Below, one piece after another: positions 9,144 to 18,480 of a stretch of 56,431 nt of DNA. A program made the position numbers and the translations under genes. The notes under the pieces were generated by a model, which saw nothing but the letters and a program-made list of their open reading frames with translations, was not told the DNA's origin and searched no databases. Source of the stretch: a virus (Duplodnaviria > Caudoviricetes); IMG/VR virus record IMGVR_UViG_3300030102_003788, positions 1 through 56,431 of that record; one strand, 5' to 3'. The number at the start of each line of letters is the position of its first letter. Within the stretch, counting starts at the first letter, position 1.

Positions 9144-9805
9144 TGAAATTTATAGGCCAACATATATTTAACCTAATATCTAGGTTTCGTAGTGATGTAT
9201 ACTTAGAAAATTTATCTGAAACTACACAAAGTCATATTGTTAGTGTAGACGCTAATGGTAAATTATTTAAACAAGACTCTGCTAATATTATACAAAATTA
9301 TTCTTTAGTAAGCGCATCTGGAACTACAACTACTAGTGCTACTGATGGTGAGGCTCACGCTGTTGTAATACCTTATGACACTGAGCAGTTAACTTCTTCT
9401 AGTAATAGTATAGTTTTAACTGGCGCAAGTGGTATAACAGGTGTTTCAAATAGTACTTACTCTTGGTACTCAGCAACTCAAGGTGATTATGAGTATCAGT
9501 GGAACGTTTTAAGTAATACAAACGTGGCTAACAATAGGATATTAAGTGGTGTAAAACTTCAAAGAGGTACACACAACGGTAGCACGATGACTTGGTCTGA
9601 TTACAACCCTTCTGTTTCTTTTATATATGATAGGGGTAATGGTAACATAAGAAAAGGATCAACAACTAATCAAACTTTAGTAGAGCAAGGAGCAACGCAG
9701 TACTATTGGAGACTTGTAGTTTGGAAAGAAGAAAGTTCTGACGCTAGCACAACAGCTATAACAGTTGTTACAGGCGTTAGTTTAATAGTAAAACAAATAT
9801 CATGA
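9143..9805 (+). CDS. Putative tail fibre/spike-associated structural protein
   Basis: Ser/Thr-rich with a beta-sandwich-like C-terminal half; coupled start. Confidence 0.45.
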   Translation: MKFIGQHIFNLISRFRSDVYLENLSETTQSHIVSVDANGKLFKQDSANIIQNYSLVSASGTTTTSATDGEAHAVVIPYDTEQLTSSSNSIVLTGASGITGVSNSTYSWYSATQGDYEYQWNVLSNTNVANNRILSGVKLQRGTHNGSTMTWSDYNPSVSFIYDRGNGNIRKGSTTNQTLVEQGATQYYWRLVVWKEESSDASTTAITVVTGVSLIVKQIS

Positions 9806-10257
9806 TAAGTAAGCACATAAGTTATAAAGAAGCTGTACATAGTAATACAGCATTAAGAAGAGGAATAGATAACACTCCTGGAGATGATCAACTTCATTTT
9901 ATGGAAATAATAGCAGAAAAAGTGTTTGAACCTCTTAGAAAATGGGTTGGTGGACCAATAAAAATAAATAGTTTTTATAGATCACCAGAGTTAAACACAG
10001 CAATAGGAGGCTCTAGAACGTCACAACATTGTAAAGGCCAAGCTATGGATATAGACGACACGTTTGGTCACGCTAGCAATGCAGAAATGTATCACTGGAT
10101 TAAAGATAATTTAGATTTTGATCAAATGATATGGGAGTTTGGTGATGATGATAATCCTAACTGGGTGCATGTTAGTTATGTGTCACCTGAGAAAAATAGA
10201 AATAGATGCTTAAAAGCATATAAAGAAGACGGTAAAACTAAATATAAAATAATATGA
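9802..10257 (+). CDS. Peptidase M15A-family endolysin
   Basis: SFYRSPELN, SQHCKGQAMD and WVHVSY zinc-binding motifs. Confidence 0.88.
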   Translation: MISKHISYKEAVHSNTALRRGIDNTPGDDQLHFMEIIAEKVFEPLRKWVGGPIKINSFYRSPELNTAIGGSRTSQHCKGQAMDIDDTFGHASNAEMYHWIKDNLDFDQMIWEFGDDDNPNWVHVSYVSPEKNRNRCLKAYKEDGKTKYKII

Positions 10258-10451
10258 CAAATTTTAGTAAAAAATTCTGTGCTAAATCACCTTTTAAGAA
10301 AAAAGGTATTGTACCTACTTGGTTACAAAGCTTAATAAGAATATCTCCAAAAAGCTCAACAAAAAACGTTACTAGGGGAGGTAAAGGTGGTAAGAAAAAC
10401 GATCAACCTTATAATAGCGATGGTACTCCAAATCCTGACTACGTTTCTTAA
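10254..10451 (+). CDS. Small basic protein (FSKKF..KSPF N-terminus)
   Basis: ATGA overlap with the endolysin; shares the SPF motif with the MAFK family. Confidence 0.55.
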   Translation: MTNFSKKFCAKSPFKKKGIVPTWLQSLIRISPKSSTKNVTRGGKGGKKNDQPYNSDGTPNPDYVS

Positions 10452-10523
10452 TTATATGTGTTTTATATGTTTATTTAAGCTTTTAGCTTCAGCAATAGTT
10501 CCATTACTTGTTTATATTGGTAT

Positions 10524-10555
10524 AAAAAAAAAGGGGAGTAATTAACTCCCCTTTA
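10524..10555. terminator. Intrinsic terminator at the convergence of the + and - gene blocks (probably bidirectional)
   Basis: AAAGGGGAGT-aatta-ACTCCCCTTT hairpin; A9 run on the left (U-tract on the - strand) and TTT on the right. Confidence 0.85.
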
Positions 10556-10560
10556 TTAAT

Positions 10561-10755
10561 TTAGAACTGTCTGTTCTTTTGATCTTGAACTTCAATCCTA
10601 ACTTCTTGAGCTAGAGCTTTTATAGCTTGCATAGCTTTTCTAACTCGCGTTCCTGCAGAGTTATTTCCATCGATAAATTTTGTAACATCAGTTTGACAAT
10701 CGTTAACCGTGTCTTGTAATTCATCAAAGAGTGAATTTAATTTATTAAAACTCAT
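10561..10755 (-). CDS. Histone H1-like (Hc1-family) small DNA-binding protein
   Basis: GNNSAGTRVRKAMQ matches the GNKAAGTRARK signature of Bacteroidota Hc1-like proteins. Confidence 0.75.
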   Translation of the reverse strand: MSFNKLNSLFDELQDTVNDCQTDVTKFIDGNNSAGTRVRKAMQAIKALAQEVRIEVQDQKNRQF

Positions 10756-10766
10756 ATTTAATTTAT

Positions 10767-11165
10767 TTAAAATTTATAAGATATTCCTAGTTTAAACTTA
10801 CCTTCTGAATCTTCTTTTGTAGACATCATATAGTTTGGGTCAATACATAGGTTTTTGTAAACCATAAAAGAATAACCAACACCAAACATCATATTATCCA
10901 TTGATTCTTCAGTTGGAGCTTGTATAGCTGCGTAGCAGTTGCTAAAGTAGTATCTACCCCACATATCGTACTCTTCTCCGTTTTTAACAAGGCCTAGTAT
11001 TATGTTATCTTTTAACATATAACCAATACCTATGTTATCAGTAAGGTTTGACATTTCCCATTCTGCATCATCTTCTGGCATGTTAATAGTTGTTACAGCT
11101 ACAAACTGCGCAGAACATAAGTTTACGGCAAAAATAAGACTTGCCATTAAAAATAGTTTTTTCAT
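10767..11165 (-). CDS. Small outer-membrane beta-barrel protein
   Basis: Signal peptide (MKKLFLMASLIFAVNLCSA-Q), GIGY/GVGY strands, C-terminal KLGISYKF. Confidence 0.65.
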   Translation of the reverse strand: MKKLFLMASLIFAVNLCSAQFVAVTTINMPEDDAEWEMSNLTDNIGIGYMLKDNIILGLVKNGEEYDMWGRYYFSNCYAAIQAPTEESMDNMMFGVGYSFMVYKNLCIDPNYMMSTKEDSEGKFKLGISYKF

Positions 11166-11179
11166 AATAATTGTTTTAG

Positions 11180-13003
11180 TTATAAGCTTGTTATTTCACA
11201 AGATCCACCGGCACAAGCTAATTCACCTGATAGATCTGTTTCGTCAGTCATTTCTACAACATTAGACAAGTTAATGTAGTTTAAACTCTTGACTCTTTTA
11301 TCAAACTCTTTTTTAGTTATATCTTCAAAAGGAGCTTGAGTGTACGTACCACCATCATATGGTAGTACTGAAAGACCATTATAACAGTCTCTATTTTCCC
11401 ACATCCATTCACCTGCTTTTTTCCAGTCTTCTTGTTTTAAACTTATAGTTGCAGATACATTATGTGTGTTACTACCAGTTCTATGACCTGGTTTAACCCA
11501 CTCTGTTGCAACTTTTTTTACACGTTTTAACAAATCAAAAGCAGACTCAGTTCTTAGTATTGAGCCTTTTGGTGCTGATTGTGGTATTTCTATAACCGCT
11601 GTATCGTGTGGCCTAAAATACTCATCAGCCACTAAATCAGGATTATGTATTTTTAAATATTTATATATAGATTCGTTTTTACCTACACGTAATCTACGTA
11701 TATAATAATCATTATGCCACGCGTGTATACCAGATGATGTTCCAAGTACAAGAGATGTTGTTCCTGCTGGTTTTATACAAGTTGTTCTAGCTGCTTGATT
11801 TATTCCTATTAACTTTGCTACTCTTGTATTTTCTCTTTTTACTATACTTGCAGCGGCCTTCATATCCAGCTGGAGCACAGCGGCACTCCCGATTCCTGTC
11901 ATTGACACACCTATAAGTGCGTCTTTCTCTGTTGTTTCTTGCCATATTTCTCTTAGATAGTGGAATTCCGTATAACCTGCTTGAAGCGTGCCAATAAATG
12001 CTGCGGCTTCGCACAAGTTACAGAACTGATATGGCCTTAACGCAATCTCACAACAAGGATTAGTACCCCAATCTTTATCATGGTTAAAATATATACCAGG
12101 CTCACCAGCTCCGGATAATTCAATACGTTTCCACAAATCTAAGAAAAATTCCTTTGTTATTTTATGTCTTATTAAGACAGCAGAGTTGTTTGCTCTACCA
12201 CGCTGTGGGTTTGTTTCCCACCAATTACCTGATTTACATGAAATCATTTCATCATCATACGCGCTAAATAACGATATAAGCGCTGCTCTTCTGATTCCTC
12301 CAGCAAGAACAGCATCTGCAATATGGCAGACAATATCGTGGACCTCAAGCGTCGTAAGTTTTGTACCATCTTCTTTTGCATCTAATATTCCTTTAATTTT
12401 TACTAAACATTCTTTTAATGGTTGTGGTCCCGGCGCTTTACCACCAGAGGTCACGAGCCTAGCTCCCTTTGGTCTAATATCAGAATAATCAAATTTTATC
12501 TTAGATGATCTCTTAGAGCCTAAATAAGACTTGATTAAAACTTTAATTGAGTCAGACCAACCTTCAATACTATCTCCAATAACAAACCTACGTGTTCTAC
12601 CTTTAAATGGTTTTGTTATGCAAGGGAGTAGGTTGATATGGTGTTTTTGAACTGAATAACCCACTCCACAACCAGAGAGAAGAAGAAACATGCACTCACT
12701 AAAGCTATCGACATGATCAATAGGTAAGTAACTACAATTATATAATCTATTTGGGCTAATTTCGATCGGCTTACCGCTGAACTGAAGCGAGCGCATAGAT
12801 GGTAAAACTTTTTTTTCATATACATATTTATAAGCTAGTTGTATTTGATCTGTTAACTGTGGGTATCTTTTTTGATGCATTTCTTTATTACGAGTAACAA
12901 GCTCTTCCCATGTTTCACGCCTGTTTAACTCTGGTATATATTTTGCATACTTCATGTGCACAGTTAGGTCAGATAATATTTTTTTATTTAAATCTTCTTT
13001 CAT
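11180..13003 (-). CDS. nrdJ: Class II (B12-dependent) ribonucleotide reductase, monomeric RTPR type
   Basis: LPSMRSLQF, LYNC, GCGVG, GTNPCCEI, FCNL, TCIKPAGT and C-terminal ACAGGSC motifs. Confidence 0.9.
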   Translation of the reverse strand: MKEDLNKKILSDLTVHMKYAKYIPELNRRETWEELVTRNKEMHQKRYPQLTDQIQLAYKYVYEKKVLPSMRSLQFSGKPIEISPNRLYNCSYLPIDHVDSFSECMFLLLSGCGVGYSVQKHHINLLPCITKPFKGRTRRFVIGDSIEGWSDSIKVLIKSYLGSKRSSKIKFDYSDIRPKGARLVTSGGKAPGPQPLKECLVKIKGILDAKEDGTKLTTLEVHDIVCHIADAVLAGGIRRAALISLFSAYDDEMISCKSGNWWETNPQRGRANNSAVLIRHKITKEFFLDLWKRIELSGAGEPGIYFNHDKDWGTNPCCEIALRPYQFCNLCEAAAFIGTLQAGYTEFHYLREIWQETTEKDALIGVSMTGIGSAAVLQLDMKAAASIVKRENTRVAKLIGINQAARTTCIKPAGTTSLVLGTSSGIHAWHNDYYIRRLRVGKNESIYKYLKIHNPDLVADEYFRPHDTAVIEIPQSAPKGSILRTESAFDLLKRVKKVATEWVKPGHRTGSNTHNVSATISLKQEDWKKAGEWMWENRDCYNGLSVLPYDGGTYTQAPFEDITKKEFDKRVKSLNYINLSNVVEMTDETDLSGELACAGGSCEITSL

Positions 13004-13442
13004 TATTTTTCTTAATTAATTCTATTACTTTATCGCATTCTTTTTGGTTCTGAGGTTTATATAAAGTTACATATGGCATCTCATTTTTAACAAACTTTTT
13101 AAACATTTTCCATCGTATTGGAAAACTTTCATTTGCTCTACCTTTGCATTCGATTATAAATGAAGGACTTATAAAATCTGGAGTATATTTAATACTTTGT
13201 ATTTTTTTTTGACCTCTATTTACCATTTCACCTTTACCGTTTGCTTGGCGCTCATATGAGTTAACGTCAAACTCAAAAGCTTCTTGTAGTTCAAAAGTCA
13301 TACCTTCGTACTCTGCATATATTTTTTCTTTCTTCAAGACTTGATACATGTAACGTTCTAAACCTGATGCAAATGTAATCCCGTCAAAAGTAACCTTTTT
13401 ACTTCTGACAGGACCACGCTTACGTTTAAATTTCTTCTTCAT
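12984..13442 (-). CDS. T7 endonuclease I-like / PD-(D/E)XK Holliday-junction resolvase
   Basis: FASGLE, YTPDF and IIECKG motifs; probable start MKKKFKRK at 13442. Confidence 0.75.
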   Translation of the reverse strand: MKKKFKRKRGPVRSKKVTFDGITFASGLERYMYQVLKKEKIYAEYEGMTFELQEAFEFDVNSYERQANGKGEMVNRGQKKIQSIKYTPDFISPSFIIECKGRANESFPIRWKMFKKFVKNEMPYVTLYKPQNQKECDKVIELIKKNNERRFK

Positions 13443-13737
13443 CGTACTTGATTTTATCAATCAAAGCTTCTTCAGACAAATCACGAAGCTCTTCACGGGC
13501 TGTTTGTATGTACAGTATTGCATCCATAAGCTCTTCTTGTATATCGTTTAGATAACCTTGTAAATTTTTCATTTTAAATCTACGTTCATCGTCTAATGTA
13601 TTGTTGTACTTTTCATAACCTACGTCTGACCGTTTAACAAATTTGTCAACTACGTTTTTAACTACAGGATCACGAAAGCCATAAGACTGTCTACACATGA
13701 TACCGTTTTTGCCGTCCATTATTTCTCTATCACTCAT
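13426..13737 (-). CDS. Hypothetical protein, all-alpha NTP-pyrophosphohydrolase-like
   Basis: RSDVGYEKY...IQEELMDAILY, an EE..D acidic motif typical of MazG-like folds. Confidence 0.45.
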   Translation of the reverse strand: MSDREIMDGKNGIMCRQSYGFRDPVVKNVVDKFVKRSDVGYEKYNNTLDDERRFKMKNLQGYLNDIQEELMDAILYIQTAREELRDLSEEALIDKIKYDEEEI

Positions 13738-13738
13738 A

Positions 13739-14536
13739 TTAATCTTTTTTAAATGTTCCGTTACTCATTTTACCTGTTCTGTTTTTAATTTCTTCATAAG
13801 CTCTGTCAATACACTTTTCTATTGAATAACCAGTTAGCTCAGCTAGATTTGTTAGTACAACTACACAATCACCAATACCGTCAATCGTTTCTGGTAAATT
13901 TTCTTTTAATATAGCTCTACAAGTTTCACCAACTTCTTCAACTAATTTTAGTGCCTGGGTTTTAGGATCACCTTTATCATATAAACCTCTTTCATTAGCC
14001 CATAATCTAATTTTATCAAACCTACACATTGTTTCACAGGTTTTTCTACTGTCACTCATAATACCTCCAACTCTAGTTTTATGAGCATTGTTATTATCAA
14101 ACCATCTAGCAAAAGCTCTGTTGTATACATAACATCTTTCATTGCTATATTTAGATGATGATATGTTATTCATTATCCACTCTATAGATTTTTCTGTTAT
14201 TATACAAGGACCAAAAGCGGTCTCCCATGACATGCCTACGTTATCTAGTAGTCTGCCTTTTAATTTATTGACTGGACAAGGGAATGTCGTAGTCATTTCT
14301 GTTACGTTTATTTTCATTTGATTACATTTTAATTTACTATAAAGTTCTTCGTCAACGTTATAACCATATTGTCTTTGTAGTTCGAGTTCTTTTTTGGATA
14401 TATAGTTTATATCTTCTGACATTTCAATTATTTCATACTCGTCTTCATAATAACCTTGTTGTTGTTCAACACGGTACTTAACGTTGTTTGTTACACCTAT
14501 TTTTACACCAGGTATATGGTATATACAATATGTCAT
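13739..14536 (-). CDS. Fusion of an N-terminal GIY-YIG-like domain and a C-terminal MazG-like nucleotide pyrophosphohydrolase
   Basis: N-terminus CIYHIPGVKIGVT...R...E; C-terminus KLVEEVGE...DGIGD...AYEEIKNR. Confidence 0.7.
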   Translation of the reverse strand: MTYCIYHIPGVKIGVTNNVKYRVEQQQGYYEDEYEIIEMSEDINYISKKELELQRQYGYNVDEELYSKLKCNQMKINVTEMTTTFPCPVNKLKGRLLDNVGMSWETAFGPCIITEKSIEWIMNNISSSKYSNERCYVYNRAFARWFDNNNAHKTRVGGIMSDSRKTCETMCRFDKIRLWANERGLYDKGDPKTQALKLVEEVGETCRAILKENLPETIDGIGDCVVVLTNLAELTGYSIEKCIDRAYEEIKNRTGKMSNGTFKKD

Positions 14537-15201
14537 ATCTTATCATTATATAGATGCATATTATGTGCGAAATGATAATATACACCAGGTTCAACATTTA
14601 ATTCATGCGCAACTAAGCCTTGTAACATAGAGAAACAATATTGATCATTACAAAAACCATACCAAAGATCGTTGCTACGCATTGTAACACACATGTCAAG
14701 TCTACCATGTAATATTGTAAACTGAATAGCATAAGTACAAGGTGTATCTGTTTTGTATTTAGGATGCTCTTTGCAATCATATATAGATATTGCTGCTTGT
14801 CTAGTATCTTTATTGTTTTTAAGTTTATCAAGAACATAATCTAGTTGACTGATATTATTCCAACAAGTTCTTTGCCATTGGTAACCGTAATTAGAATTAA
14901 CATAACCGTGTTCATCAGCCATGCGTTTCCATATTTCAGGTACTTTACCGTATAATCTACCAAGTTCTTCTATATTGTTATTGCCAGATAAGTACCACTG
15001 CCACTCGGCTATTGCGTAATCCTCTTTCCAGTTACGTTCTCTATTTATTATTTTATTGTCTAATGGGTTTGTTATATAAAAACCTACGTTAAACAATGCT
15101 TTAGTACCTGCAAAGTCTACGCCATTTTGTATTATTTGATCGTGCATATATTCATATGCCTCGTTTGCATTTCGAAATTTTTTGTTATTTATTGTATTCA
15201 T
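14533..15201 (-). CDS. Thymidylate-synthase-superfamily enzyme, dCMP hydroxymethylase (T4 gp42)-like
   Basis: NSNYG, catalytic PC, MRSNDLWYGFCND (Asp at the position that is Asn in dUMP-specific ThyA), and NMHLY. Confidence 0.75.
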   Translation of the reverse strand: MNTINNKKFRNANEAYEYMHDQIIQNGVDFAGTKALFNVGFYITNPLDNKIINRERNWKEDYAIAEWQWYLSGNNNIEELGRLYGKVPEIWKRMADEHGYVNSNYGYQWQRTCWNNISQLDYVLDKLKNNKDTRQAAISIYDCKEHPKYKTDTPCTYAIQFTILHGRLDMCVTMRSNDLWYGFCNDQYCFSMLQGLVAHELNVEPGVYYHFAHNMHLYNDKI

Positions 15202-15206
15202 ATTAT

Positions 15207-15238
15207 TATTATCCGTTATCGTTCGTATTTGGTTTGTA
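15207..15238 (-). promoter_or_regulatory. Class-1 motif copy (TACAAnnnAAATACGA-N8-GGATAATA)
   Basis: + strand TATTATCC-gttatcgt-TCGTATTT-ggtttgta, just upstream of the TS-like gene. Confidence 0.7.
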
Positions 15239-15490
15239 ATAGTATTTGTAATATTCTAATACTTTATCATTTATTTGATCGTCACTATACTTATTAGGAT
15301 CTGTATGTATTTTATTGTTTATACTTATATCTATTAACCAATTACTTACATTGTTTTTCCAGTCTGGTATTACGCTAACTTTTATATTTCTAGCCATACA
15401 CCAACCAATAATTTTTAACTCTTCTCGTGACCAAGATTTTTGCGGAGGTTTTCTACCTGTTGATTTTTTAAACTTCCACATTATTCCCAA
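15209..15490 (-). CDS. Hypothetical protein
   Basis: 93-aa ORF in the operon; its stop codon lies inside the class-1 motif. Confidence 0.6.
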   Translation of the reverse strand: MGIMWKFKKSTGRKPPQKSWSREELKIIGWCMARNIKVSVIPDWKNNVSNWLIDISINNKIHTDPNKYSDDQINDKVLEYYKYYYKPNTNDNG

Positions 15491-17193
15491 GGCATTACCT
15501 CAGTTTCAACTTCATCAGTTATATGAGGTACAAAACTACCAGATCTTGGTTCCCAAGTAAAATGACTTTCAGCACCATTTTCACCTAAGTTTTGAAACTT
15601 AACTTTTAATACTTTTACTTTAGTTGTTTTAGCGTCATAATCTCTATGTACTAACAAGCCATGATAACTAGCATCGTACCATTCACCACCACCTTTAATA
15701 TTATACATTGTAGGTTCTTCCATTTTACCATCAGAACCTTTGTACATTTTAGTTGGGTGAGCTACAATAAAAGTTAGTACATCATACTTTTTACAAAAAG
15801 CTTCAATTTTAGCTAAGTAATCCATTGTATAACGGTTTACATCATCTGATACAGCATCTACATCTCTAATTTTATTAAATGGATCTAATACTAAGCATTT
15901 AATACCTTTGCGCTTAACTAGCTCAGCGCCTTTACGTAATACAGCTTCTAAACTATATTTATCCATATCAATAAAAAAGTAGTTATCATTAACATGATCA
16001 GTTACTTGTTGCCATTTGTCATTACCAATATCATCTACGCGTGGCATATCTTGCCAATGTTTACGCATTAGCTTGTGAGCATGAAGATATACCGGTTGAT
16101 TTTCTGGCGAAGCGTATGCAGTTTTCCAGCCATAGTTATTATTATAACCGACAACCATTTGATCAACAAAGTCAGACTTACCGCTACTAGGCACACCAGT
16201 AACAGTAATGAACTGACCAGTGTAAGTAGAAAAAATTTGATCAAAGTTTTTAAGTCCAATTTGATAGCCGGGTTTAAAACCGTTTTTAACAAAGTCTCTA
16301 AGTTCATCTTCTACATCTTTTAAGGTTGATACATTTTCAAGTGGCACAGGCCGCGAGTTATGTATAGCATTACGCAAGGCTTCAGCACCGTGTTCTAACA
16401 AAAAGTCGTTAGCATCTTTGTTACCGTTAAAATCTATTAAGTAACATACCTCTGCTCCAAGACGTCTAACAAGCTCTCGCTGTAACATTTGACCAGGTTC
16501 ATCAGCATCAACAGCCAATATAATTCTAGTCTTATCATCAAAATAATCAATACAATTATCTAAATAATCTAAGTTATTATTGTTTAACGTAGCTCCATTA
16601 GGAACTGAAATAGCATTTTTAATACCAGCCTCGTGTAGCGCTAATACATCCATCTCGCCTTCAACAATAACACAAGTATCATAACCTACAATACTGTTGA
16701 TATTATAAAATACTTTTTCAGCGCCTTTATAAAGCTTAAAGTTTTTTCTACCGTCACGATACTTAACATTAATAAGCTGATCACCCATAAAGTAATTAAA
16801 CTGTATTGTGTTTTCTTGCTTACCAGTTTGAGGCATAAACTCAGGACCTTCAGTAACCTGAAGATCTCTAAGTGTTTGCTTTGATATACCTCTTGTTCCA
16901 AACCACGTTTCAACGTTTGTGCTTACTTCATCAAACTGTTTTGGTGTATCAGGTCTAACATAAACTCTTTCGCTAGATCCTTTACGTTGATAAGTATGTA
17001 ATTGAAATGTAGTGTTACAGTTGTGACATGTACCGAGACCACGTTCCCAATCATAACTAGCACATTGTGCTTTTTGATTTTTAGGTTTCCTAGTATGCGA
17101 ACACAAGGGACAAGTCCCCTGTGTTGCATTTTCTTTTAGGCCATGCTGATTGAATTTATCAATCACAAATCCATTGATCTCTTCTGTACTCAT
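15481..17193 (-). CDS. Bifunctional DNA primase-helicase (T7 gp4/Twinkle-like)
   Basis: N-terminal Zn finger (CPLC...CHNC), TOPRIM (IVEGEMD, DADEPG, KDAND), Walker A GVPSSGKS, VLDP and VAHP motifs. Confidence 0.92.
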   Translation of the reverse strand: MSTEEINGFVIDKFNQHGLKENATQGTCPLCSHTRKPKNQKAQCASYDWERGLGTCHNCNTTFQLHTYQRKGSSERVYVRPDTPKQFDEVSTNVETWFGTRGISKQTLRDLQVTEGPEFMPQTGKQENTIQFNYFMGDQLINVKYRDGRKNFKLYKGAEKVFYNINSIVGYDTCVIVEGEMDVLALHEAGIKNAISVPNGATLNNNNLDYLDNCIDYFDDKTRIILAVDADEPGQMLQRELVRRLGAEVCYLIDFNGNKDANDFLLEHGAEALRNAIHNSRPVPLENVSTLKDVEDELRDFVKNGFKPGYQIGLKNFDQIFSTYTGQFITVTGVPSSGKSDFVDQMVVGYNNNYGWKTAYASPENQPVYLHAHKLMRKHWQDMPRVDDIGNDKWQQVTDHVNDNYFFIDMDKYSLEAVLRKGAELVKRKGIKCLVLDPFNKIRDVDAVSDDVNRYTMDYLAKIEAFCKKYDVLTFIVAHPTKMYKGSDGKMEEPTMYNIKGGGEWYDASYHGLLVHRDYDAKTTKVKVLKVKFQNLGENGAESHFTWEPRSGSFVPHITDEVETEVMPWE

Positions 17194-17501
17194 TAAAACG
17201 GCAGATCTTCTTCAGCCGCAGCAGGAGCAGATGCTGGAGCTGAGTTCATATCTCTTGGAGCTGTGTCAACATTTTGACCATTAGTCCAAACCACTTTTAC
17301 ATTACCAAGGTAAGTCTTAGGTGCTTTAGCATCTCTTTCTTCCTTAGTTTGTTCTACAACTACAGGACCTTGATTACCGAACTGATCTAGCTCATCATTC
17401 AAAGTAATTGTAATTGGTAAGTACTTGCCTTTTTTACCTGCATATATTTTATCTTTAGGTATATTGTTAAGGTTAATACTCGTTTTAATAATACTTGCCA
17501 T
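17193..17501 (-). CDS. Probable single-stranded DNA-binding protein
   Basis: Small beta-rich protein with an acidic SSB-type C-terminal tail EEDLPF; next to the primase-helicase. Confidence 0.65.
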   Translation of the reverse strand: MASIIKTSINLNNIPKDKIYAGKKGKYLPITITLNDELDQFGNQGPVVVEQTKEERDAKAPKTYLGNVKVVWTNGQNVDTAPRDMNSAPASAPAAAEEDLPF

Positions 17502-17503
17502 AA

Positions 17504-17671
17504 TTAATAATTATTTATTTGGTTAAACATTCTCATAATTTGTTCTTTAGTAGCGCCGCTATTTCTTCTTAAATTATCTACAGCTTTTACATGATTTTGG
17601 TTTTTGTAAAAATTGTTTTCAGAAGTTTTAATACCGCTTACGCTACATACTCTTGATTTAGTTCTTGGCAT
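17504..17671 (-). CDS. Hypothetical 55-aa protein (not in ORF track)
   Basis: MPRTKSRVCSVSG...NQINNY*; fills the gap between neighbouring genes. Confidence 0.55.
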   Translation of the reverse strand: MPRTKSRVCSVSGIKTSENNFYKNQNHVKAVDNLRRNSGATKEQIMRMFNQINNY

Positions 17672-17682
17672 AATAAAATGGT

Positions 17683-18480
17683 TTATAAGGTTTTGCTTAT
17701 GAAAAACTGTTTAGGATCAAAATCCTTGGTCTTATAAAACAAGTCATAAGCTTCACTTGCTTTACTCACCTTATATTCACCACGCTTGTAAAACTCAGGT
17801 GAACAATCAAATATGCCTATTGTATGCGTGGTTTTATCAATAACTATGAATAGCATCTCATATCCAAATAACTTACTATAGATATAAGCCTGAGAATCAT
17901 AATTAAATTTAGACGCTGACCATTGAAACTTATCAATGTCTGCAGTTGTTTTTAAGTCAATAACTAGTTTTTCGTCATGATTAACGATATCAGCTTTACC
18001 TTTCCACATGTTGCCAAATAACTCACCAACCATAGGTACTTCATAATCTACATTACCTAGTGTGATTAGATCTTTACATATATCGTTAGACATAAGTTTA
18101 TCTCTCATTAACTCAATTTCGTCTACTTCTTTTTGCAGTAGACATAGCTCACCACCACTAACATCTTTATACTCTTTTGTGTTTCTAGTACTAGACTTAA
18201 CAACTTTGTATTTGTTAATTTTGTCTGGTTCTAATATACACGTGTGAAAATAACCACCAATTAAAAATACTGGTGATGGCTTGCTAGGTGTAAACACATT
18301 TAAAGGATCTTTTAATAACTTATTTATATGAGAGTTAGATAAAAATTGATTACCAAACTCACCATAATAATCTTCGTCATTTTCAAGTCTTTTTAGTATT
18401 TGTTCTTTGTCCATTTGTTTTTTGTTTTCAACACATCCTACAAATAAAACTGTAGAAAATATTATTAATAATTTTTTCAT
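17683..18480 (-). CDS. PD-(D/E)XK exonuclease (RecE/ExoVIII, DUF3799-like); possible second start at 18414
   Basis: LSNSHI, GGYFH, KGKADIV, IDLKTT and YDSQAYIY motifs; the first 22 aa look like a lipoprotein signal. Confidence 0.8.
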   Translation of the reverse strand: MKKLLIIFSTVLFVGCVENKKQMDKEQILKRLENDEDYYGEFGNQFLSNSHINKLLKDPLNVFTPSKPSPVFLIGGYFHTCILEPDKINKYKVVKSSTRNTKEYKDVSGGELCLLQKEVDEIELMRDKLMSNDICKDLITLGNVDYEVPMVGELFGNMWKGKADIVNHDEKLVIDLKTTADIDKFQWSASKFNYDSQAYIYSKLFGYEMLFIVIDKTTHTIGIFDCSPEFYKRGEYKVSKASEAYDLFYKTKDFDPKQFFISKTL

